NCBI GenBank assembly: GCA_964016885.1
Contig: OZ024741.1
Span: forward strand, 182,218,001-182,282,000
DNA length: 64,000 bases
From: Eledone cirrhosa
Taxonomy: Eukaryota
Direction of reading: 5' to 3'
Shown here: positions 55,120-64,000 of the stretch, piece by piece
How positions within the stretch are numbered: the stretch's first letter is position 1
How the letters are laid out: every line of letters begins with the position of its first letter
Notes under the pieces: generated by a model
Seen by the model: the letters and a program-made list of their open reading frames with translations, nothing else
What the model was told of the DNA's origin: nothing
The model's database searches: none
Program-made: the position numbers and the translations under genes

Positions 55120-55570
55120 TTATCTCTGATCATGAATCAAACGACGTTTCCACATCACTATGCTACAATCAACAATGAAGTTCTAATCAATATACTGGAA
55201 AGTTGCCTTTCTCTTATAGTAATTTGCAATTCAGAACGTTTCATCAGTGTCAGCTTATCTTCCGATAGGTCTATATTTTGCATTTCTGCATTCACATCCT
55301 CATTCCCAACTCCTTTCACATACCTTACTCCCCACAGCTCACGTATTTCACCACCTTGCCACCACACACATGAACGCTTCGACTCACATTCTTACATACA
55401 CTCAACTTTTCACAATTAAGACATAGAATGTTATGAAAATGAAGATCGAATAAATAAACTAATGCATACGCATATGTATTAGTATCAGAGTCATATATGA
55501 AGGCATCACATGCCTTATGTTTGTGCTTCTAATTTATGTATGTGTATATGTATAAATATATATATATATA

Positions 55571-55788
55571 TATAATAAAGAATTCATATCTAGTAACATA
55601 TATATACATACAGATGCATATCAATGCTAGCAAATATATAGGTTTTGTCTTAATAACAGTGTGGTTCAATGCATGGGGTTGCAGAACAATAATATAAGAG
55701 ACGTAAAATAAGAAAATTATAAAATTAACTTACTTACTAAAATATTTTAGTAAGTAAGTTAATTTTATAATTTTCTTATTTTACGTCT

Positions 55789-55795
<7 letters not shown>
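55571..55795. mobile_element. Truncated fold-back copy of the 60901-61575 family
   Basis: Inverted homology to 61410-61575; perfect palindrome 55692-55795 centred at 55743/55744. Confidence 0.8.
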
Positions 55796-55833
<38 letters not shown>

Positions 55834-55952
55834 GTTTTCTCCCGTTCTTTGCCAGGGAACGGTTCCACGAACCAAAGTATCGTCTTCCTGTCCTCCTCCG
55901 GTTGCAACGTTTTTTTAAATATTCACTTCTGCGTTCACAGATTGGCTTTGTT

Positions 55953-56003
55953 AGTTTCAGAAGATCCCGTTAAGGGTGAAAGCAGCGATTCTTTGCTTAA
56001 ACT
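55953..56003 (+). ncRNA. Hammerhead-like fold with U4A core change
   Basis: AGTTT-CAGAAGA-T-CCC-GTTAA-GGG-T-GAAA-GCA..TGC-TT-AAACT; copies inside Helitrons at ~5589-5640 and ~38548-38598. Confidence 0.55.
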
Positions 56004-56014
56004 TTAATCTGTTA

Positions 56015-56048
<34 letters not shown>

Positions 56049-56175
56049 ACACATACACAAATATATGTATAACGGGTGCAGGTATGCCTGTGGTTTTAAT
56101 AAGTTCGCTTCACAACCATGTGGTACTGTATCCAATCCTACCATATTCATATATATATATATATATATATATATA

Positions 56176-56568
56176 GGCACAAGGCCACCAATTTGGGGAG
56201 GAGGAGAAATTCGATTAAATGGACTCCAGTGCGTGACTGGTATTTTATTTTATCGACCCCGTAAGGATGAATGGCAAAGTTAACCGCGGCGGGATTTGAA
56301 CTCAGATCATAAAGGGCCGTAACTCTATGCTGCAAAGCATGGTGTCCGACTCTCTACCGATACTGCCAATCCACCACCCTCATAAAATAATTGTTTCTAC
56401 TTTTGGCACAAGGCCAGCAGTTATTCCATTGGATTACTGGTACTTAATTTTATCGACACCGTAAGGATGAAAGGTAAAGTTAACCCCGACGGGGTTTGAA
56501 CTCACACTACAAAGGGCCGTAACTCGATACTGCTTAGAATGGCGTCCGACTCTATCATTACTGCCAGT
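56176..56568 (-). mobile_element. Two tandem dominant-family SINEs
   Basis: 56176-56377 and 56388-56568. Confidence 0.88.
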
Positions 56569-56659
56569 CAATATTAATAATAATATATAAAGCGAACAAA
56601 GAATCAGTGTTGCATGATTGCATATTTCATTACTTATGTTTCTCTGTCGATCAGCTTGA

Positions 56660-56663
56660 TATG

Positions 56664-56697
<34 letters not shown>

Positions 56698-56726
56698 TGT
56701 ATGTATGTATGTGTGTGTATGTATGC

Positions 56727-56761
<35 letters not shown>

Positions 56762-56932
56762 TGTATGTATGTATGTATGTGTGTGTGTGTATGTATGTAT
56801 GTGTGTATGTGTGTATGTATGTATGTATGTATGTATGTATGTATGTATGTATGTATGTATGTATGTATGCATATGTATGTATGTATGTATGTATGTATGT
56901 GTATGTATGTATGTATGTGTATGTATGTATGC

Positions 56933-56963
<31 letters not shown>

Positions 56964-57501
56964 TGTATGTATGTGTGTATGTATGTATGCATGTATCTAT
57001 GTATGTATGTGTATGTATGTATGTATGTATGTATGTATGTATGTATGTGTATGTATGTATGCATATGTATGTATGTATGTATGTATGTATGTGTGTGTGT
57101 ATGTATGTATGTATGTATGTATGTATGTATGTATGTATGTATGTATGTATGTTTTCTCCTTCTCTTAATTTCGAGTATATTTTTTTGACCGGCCACCTTC
57201 CTGGTGGCAAGGTTCTAAAAGAAAAGAAATTGTCATCCCTTGAATCGCAAGAATGTTTTGCAAATGTATGTATGTATGTATGTATGTATGTATGTATGTA
57301 TGTATGTGTATGTATGTATGTATGTATGTATGTATGTATGTATGTATATATGTATGTGTATGTATGTATGTATGTATGTAAGTATGTATGTATGTATGTA
57401 TGTATGTATGTATGTATGTGTGTGTATGTATGTATGTATGTATGTATGTATGTGTATGTATGTATGTATGTATGTATGTATGTATGTGTATGTATGTATG
57501 C

Positions 57502-57532
<31 letters not shown>

Positions 57533-57552
57533 TGTGTGTATGTATGTATGTA

Positions 57553-57583
<31 letters not shown>

Positions 57584-57644
57584 ATATGTGTGTATGTATG
57601 TATGTGTATGTATGTATGTATGTATGTATGTATGTATGTGTGTA

Positions 57645-57675
<31 letters not shown>

Positions 57676-57705
57676 ATGTATGTATGTATGTATGTATGTA
57701 TGTAT
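56660..57705. repeat. (TATG)n satellite interrupted by a unique 57151-57263 segment
   Basis: Directly visible. Confidence 0.95.
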
Positions 57706-57852
57706 GCAGGAGGGCTCAAGCGACATGCAAAAGTACACGAACTCCAACCACAGCCGACTATTCCCAGTAAATGTTTTGGTTGCCGACTCTGTGCAAGACA
57801 TTTTAGATCATTGACTGGGCTAAAAAGCCACATTCGATCGCAGCGCTGTTAG
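57706..57852 (+). pseudogene. RTE (BovB-like) LINE C-terminus with C2H2 finger
   Basis: CRLCARHFRSLTGLKSHIRSQRC*; probable 3' end at 58320-58370 after an inserted SINE. Confidence 0.65.
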
Positions 57853-57961
57853 TTGCTATCGTGTGTGTGTGTGTGTGTAGATATGCTTATGTGTGTGCGT
57901 GTGTGTGTATATATATATGTATATTATTATTGTTGTTGTCGTTATTATTATTGTTGTTATT

Positions 57962-58170
57962 GTGGATTGGTAGTATCGGTAGAGGGCCGGACGCCATGCT
58001 TTGACGGAAAGAGTTACGGCCCATTCCATTCTGAGTTCAAATCCCGCCGAGGTTAACTTTGCCTTTCATCCTTACGGGGTCGATAAAATAAAGTACCAGT
58101 AATGCACTGGGATAGTTGCTGGCCTTGTGCCAAAAGTAGAAACAATTATTATTATTATTATTATTATTGT
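57962..58170 (+). mobile_element. Full-length dominant-family SINE with (ATT)n tail
   Basis: A box, B box, body and tail on the + strand. Confidence 0.9.
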
Positions 58171-58240
58171 TATTAATGTATGTGTGTGTATATGTGTGTG
58201 TGAGTGTGTGTGTGTGTGTGTGTGGGTGTATATGTGTATG

Positions 58241-58288
<48 letters not shown>

Positions 58289-58506
58289 TAAATTTATTAT
58301 TATTATTTTTTTTTTTCTTTCTCCTCGTCCAATGGCCATACTCGATAACGAGGGGGGCAGCCATCATCATGTATGTATGTATGTATGTATGTATATATAT
58401 ATGTATGTATGTATGTATGTGTATGTATGTATGCATATGTATGTATGTATGTATGTATATGTGTATATTCATGGGTGCATGTGTAGGTATATGCGCGGGG
58501 ACATAG

Positions 58507-58843
58507 AAATAGTCGGGCTGGACACCCGATCGCGAGGTTAAACCACTGGGAGTGAAGAACCCCTAGCCTTTGTCAGGGCATCCTTCTAGGAGAAGGCAAC
58601 TCAGGAAACTGGGATAACTCCGATATAAAACCTGCGGCTCAGTAGTTACCGATGATGTTGATCTCTTCTTCTTTTCGGGTTATAGCTACTGTCGCTCAGA
58701 GAGTGGGATTGGCTCAGTGCACACTCTATCCTCACTTTAAAAAAAGTCTTCATAGACAGGTATTGCACGATAGCATTCATTAATAATTATTAATAATGGT
58801 ATATAGTGCATGGCCATACTCGATAACGAGGGGGCAGCCATCA
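58507..58843 (+). mobile_element. RTE-derived SINE (copy of 21648-21960)
   Basis: Inverted homology to 21648-21960. Confidence 0.75.
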
Positions 58844-58844
58844 C

Positions 58845-58891
<47 letters not shown>

Positions 58892-59057
58892 ATGGTGCGC
58901 ACTAAGCAGCCGATGTATGTGATAAAGTTATATTTGTATATATTCAGTATAAAGGTAATCAAGATTGCGCAAATGTATGTATGTATTTACACATTTTTAG
59001 TATATACACATATGAACATTTCGAATATACGTATTTCCTGGTAGATTGAAAATACAC

Positions 59058-59106
59058 ATACCTTCTGATGAAAACTGAACTAGGTTCGAAAATTGATTAA
59101 AGGTAT
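59058..59106 (+). ncRNA. Type I hammerhead inside an older fold-back element
   Basis: ATACCTT-CTGATGA-A-AACT-GAACTA-GGTT-C-GAAA-ATTGAT-TA-AAGGTAT; imperfect arms 58926-59006 / 59161-59244. Confidence 0.8.
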
Positions 59107-59497
59107 TTATCATTTTTCAAAGTTACAAGGAAATACTTACATTTCGCATGTTTATACCTCTATATACTAAAAATGTGTAAATATATATGTACACATTTAC
59201 ACAGTCACTGTTGATTCTATACTGTGTATATACAAATATAACTTGCCTTTAAGCCAAATTTGGGAATGCAACGGACATATTTCGAACTTATTAGATTTCC
59301 TGAAAAGAGCTTATTCGCTTAGCATGTAGGCTAGACTAGAATATAGTCAAATATATAGGAAATGAGAAAGAAATTATTCGGTGATTATAAAATCGTTAAT
59401 TAAAATAGTGGTACGTGTATATTATGGCTACAGGTAACAGCAACAAGAAGTCTATAAAGGTTTTTCACGGCCCATGTTCTTCCGTGCTGCTGCTGCT

Positions 59498-59559
<62 letters not shown>

Positions 59560-59674
59560 ATATATATATATACATATATATGTGTATGTGTGTGTCTGAT
59601 GGTAGCTAACATGCTTCCATAGGCGGTATTCTATATATATACATATATATTCTCTCTCTCTCTATATATATATA

Positions 59675-59740
<66 letters not shown>

Positions 59741-59798
59741 TCTCTCTCTATATATATATACTCTATATATATATATATATATATATACTCTCTCTCTT

Positions 59799-59821
<23 letters not shown>

Positions 59822-59829
<8 letters not shown>

Positions 59830-60252
59830 AGATCAAAAGATGGTTAAAGGAGTTCAATATATTTTATTATGCGCATTTCAAAAGCAAACATCATCAAACA
59901 ATAATATTTGTGTTTTCATCAGATAAAACAGGAGAACATGATATGAAGGCTAAAAAAAAAAACACTTGTTGATAGTGCAGTTTTAAATCAACATATGTTG
60001 ATTTAAAACTGCACTATCAACAAGTGTTTTTTTTTTAGCCTTCATATCATGTTCTCCTGTTTTATCTGATGAAAACACAAATATTATTGTTTGATGATGT
60101 TTGTTTTTGAAATGCGCATAATAAAATATATTGAACTCCTTTAACCATCTTTTGATCTTATATTATGCATACTCCAGTCCCACAAACTGTAGAGTGCTTC
60201 TTATCCGATATGTGCATTGCTTTATTGTACTACAATAAAACTCACCTCCTAC

Positions 60253-60256
<4 letters not shown>
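59822..60256. mobile_element. Near-perfect 345-bp palindrome with one-sided tail in (TA)n
   Basis: Centre 59994/59995, no spacer; decayed HHR TTGATGA...GAAA-TGCGCA-TA at ~60087-60124. Confidence 0.85.
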
Positions 60257-60289
<33 letters not shown>

Positions 60290-60296
60290 TCTCTCT

Positions 60297-60337
<41 letters not shown>

Positions 60338-60460
60338 GTGAAGGCGTGTGGCTGAGTGGTTAGAGAATTGGATTCGCAATCGTAAGGTTGTGAGTTCGAT
60401 TCCTGGACCAGGCGATGCGTTATGTCCTTGAGCAAGACACTTTATTTCACGTTGCTCCTT
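60338..60460 (+). mobile_element. tRNA-derived SINE head (second family)
   Basis: TGGCTGAGTGGTTAGAG, GAGTTCGATTCC; homology with 63223-63420 extends to ~60540. Confidence 0.85.
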
Positions 60461-60556
60461 CTACCTGAAGTTGCGACCGATAGATAGTATTAGCAATTGG
60501 AAAGACCAACGGAAACATTGTTCCCTCGGTATCGATTTGACGAAAGTCGATCGTTC

Positions 60557-60602
<46 letters not shown>

Positions 60603-60667
60603 CATATATATATTTAAATATATATATATATATAAATATATATATATATAAATATATATATATAAAT

Positions 60668-60698
<31 letters not shown>

Positions 60699-60792
60699 AA
60701 TATATATAAATATATATATATATATTTAAATATATATATATTTATATATATGTATTTATATATATATATGTATTTATATATATATATGTATT

Positions 60793-60823
<31 letters not shown>

Positions 60824-60863
60824 ATTTATATATATATATATTTATATATATATATATTTATAT

Positions 60864-60900
<37 letters not shown>

Positions 60901-60903
<3 letters not shown>

Positions 60904-61575
60904 GAAAGACGTAAATAAGAAAGTTATGAAAATTGACTTATTTACTAAAATTTCACTCCAACTAATTAGTTTCTGTAAGGGGATATAATTACAGTTATGT
61001 AATACCTGCAGAGAAGCCTTACGTCATCAGGTAGTCTATTCTCAGCTAAGCCACCAGGCAATGCGGGGACACTGGAAGCTTATATAACAATAATTCAGTG
61101 GATGGAAAAAAGCGAAAAAATCGAACGGTACTAGATTCTAAGCCACTGAAAAATTCGCTGCCTTCTTGCCCCACTCCAAGCTGGTTAACCTCAGTGTCAC
61201 GTGATTAATTCTTTTGAATTTGCCACTTGACCAAGAAGGCAGCGAATTTTTCAGTGGCTTAGAATCTAGCCCCGTTCGATAAGCTTCCAGTGTCCCCGCA
61301 TTGCCTGGTGGCTTAGCTGAGAATAGACTTCCTGATGACGTAAGGCTTCTCTACAGGTATTACATAACTGTATTTATCCCCTTACAGAAACTAATTAGTT
61401 GGAGTGAAATTTTAGTAACTAAGTCAATTTTCATAACTTTCTTATTTACGTCTTTCATATAATTGTTCTGCATTCCCCTGCATAGAACTACAACGTTACT
61501 AAGACAAAACATATATATCTGCTAGCGTAGGTATGCATCTGTATACATATGTCGGTAGATATATTAATTCTTTAT
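60901..61575. mobile_element. Fold-back PLE-type mini-element in (TA)n
   Basis: Arms 60901-61168 / 61232-61459, tail 61460-61575. Confidence 0.85.
61327..61405 (+). ncRNA. Type I hammerhead with extended stem II
   Basis: ACTTC-CTGATGA-C-GTAAGG..TACAG/CTGTA..CCTTAC-A-GAAA-CTAATTAG-TT-GGAGT; inverted copy at 60955-61035. Confidence 0.8.
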
Positions 61576-61582
61576 ATATATA

Positions 61583-61629
<47 letters not shown>

Positions 61630-63222
61630 GTGTGTGTGTTTGTTCTTAATCACTGTAAAATTTATTTCAATAGTTCAGAAATTAATATTTATCATTGCCA
61701 AAAATATATGCAAACATCTGTATAGTTGCGAGGCTCGTGCACAGCTGGCCATAGACTGATGCCAGACATAAAATGGAAGCCTCCATCAAATTTAGTAATT
61801 TACCCTGGACAAAATGAAATGCAGACCTTATTTCAAACTGCTTGTTTCTGCTCGTTTAGCAATTATTTATTAATCAGGGCTAGATCGATACATAACATAT
61901 AGCGCATATGTTATACTTACAAATAACAGAACGTTAAAAAAGCTAGGACAATGTATCTACCCCCACTCCTACACCTTTGCTTGTAACAAAAGGAGTAGGC
62001 CCCCTCAAAATCGTAGGCTCATACCAAATGGCCTACATGAACCAATCTGCTTAGGCCTGATTGTTATATTAAATTATTAGCATAGGGACGACCTCTTTGG
62101 TATGAATTGAGAGACATTCAGGTGCTTTTTCTAGCGGATCGGGTGACTATGTAGAAGCTTTCGTTTGGTTGTAGAACATGTAACCTCATGCATATATGTA
62201 TGTGTGAGTGTGTGTGTTGGGTGGTATATGTAAGGATGGATTTCTCTGTCTTCTGAGACTGTCCATTTCCTGTGTTTTATAATAGTCACTGATAGCATCA
62301 GCTGTCAGATATTTTTACATTATTCCGCGAAATATTGTAAACCGACGCCAAGCATCTTGGAATTAGAACAAACCAATATCTTGTCATTGACACAGCACAT
62401 GTATCAAAAGAATAATGGAGTTATTGCCAAAACGTAACTCATAGATATATTTATATGGTGCCGAAAGAAGAAGAAAGAAGCACCTGACCAATATGAGGTG
62501 TCTACGATTTCGTATGAAGAGCTCACGCGGTAAACACTTCTCGTCATTAACTATGCTTATGCTATACAGGAAGACATGACTATTACACACGCAAAAATGT
62601 CTATCTCATTTATAAATCTGAGACCGTCTAACTGTAAAAGTATTTTTTTTTTTTTTATATATCAATGGTTTAATTACTAGATCTCGGTTCCGACGACGAG
62701 TGTTCCAGCTGTTCGAACAATAAAAAAGCCTGCGCGTGAAGTTAGCGTGCAAATTGCTGAGTATTTCACAGATATTTTTACCCAATAACGCTGTTCTCAG
62801 GGAGATTCAGCATGACATAATGTGTGATAAGGCTGACCCTTTGAACTTCAGGTAAAACACATTTTTTTCCAGCCGAGTGGACTGGAGGAACGTGAAACAA
62901 AGTGTTTTGCTAAAACCCACAACATGCTGCCAGGGTTCAAACTCATGACCTAACAACAGGGAGCCCAACGCCCTAACCACTAAAACTCGTGCTTTCACAA
63001 TATGTTAATAATGGTTTCGGATTTAGGCACAAAACCAGCAATTTGAGGGTTAGAGAAAAGTGGAATAAATTGACACCAGTATTCTACTGGTACTATTTTA
63101 TTGATCGAGGAAGGAGGAAAGACACAGTTGATCATGCTATGATTTGAAACAATGTTTTTTATAATATTAAGTGAAAATATCTACATTTCTAACAACATAA
63201 TATGATCAATATATATATATTA

Positions 63223-63420
63223 AGTGAAGGCGCGTGGCTGAGTGGTTAGAGAATTGGTTTCGTAATCGTGATATCGATTCCCGGACCGGCGATGCGTTAT
63301 GTTCTTGAGCAAGACAGTTTATTTCAAGTTGCTCCTTGTCTGGATTTGCGACCGACAGATAATATTAATAATTGGAAAGACCAAGGGAAACATTGTTTCC
63401 TCGGTCCGATTTGATGAGCT
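63223..63420 (+). mobile_element. tRNA-derived SINE (second family)
   Basis: Matches 60338-60540. Confidence 0.8.
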
Positions 63421-64000
63421 CCACCCCAATCGTTAAGCGAATGAGGTCTGGGATCTTGTCGATGGACTGTCGATACATATATATATATATATATATATAT
63501 GTACATATATATATACCGATTAAAGTAAATTGTAAAACGCATTATCTTATTGGGTTTTATTTTTACTTCAATATATTGAAGGCTAGATCTTGTTTTTGTT
63601 TCATTCCAATTCGACCTTGATCAACCTAGCAAAACTAGAATAAAAACAAAATAAAAGTAGACTTATCTAAAATTAAATTATTCAATCCATGCTTTTTTTT
63701 AACGATAGCAGCATTTGTTCGAGATAAAATTCGGCTGCTATTGCTAGCAAGTGGAGCAATCACATAGAGACTCCTTCGTTAATTCACAAAATCCTCCTCT
63801 GCGGCTGGTTGAGTCAATTGTTTGTTGAACTGAAGCCGAAAGGACGATGACTCGTATTGTGTAACTTGTGAGTTTTGTTTGTAACTAAGTTACATTACTC
63901 TTAAACTGAAAACCAACTAACTAAATACATATCATACGTGATATTTCTTTCTACCAGAATCGACAAGGGAAGCACTGTATAAGTGATGAGTGCTTTGTTC

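Overview
AT-rich, microsatellite-saturated animal genomic DNA with no intact host protein-coding gene. The SINE families look like octopod cephalopod SINEs; this is recognition from memory, not a search result. Almost all ORF-track hits are translations of (TA)n, (CA)n, (GA)n or (TATG)n. The window contains decayed transposons: tRNA-derived SINEs (dense stack at 38.8-41.8 kb), a Tx1-like LINE, CR1-, RTE- and R4-like fragments, a mariner with ~100-bp inverted ends, a Tigger-like MITE, Helitrons, an LTR-like non-autonomous element, and Penelope-like (PLE) RT/GIY-YIG remnants. The main signal is a recurrent small element: roughly a dozen unrelated fold-back insertions in (TA)n tracts, most carrying a type I hammerhead ribozyme (HHR) motif, read and paired by eye. 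There are about 15 near-complete and about 10 decayed motifs. They include a compensatory U3-A8 core variant, greatly expanded stem II variants, and two loci with end-to-start junctions implying 320- and 434-nt tandem or circular (retrozyme-like) monomers.
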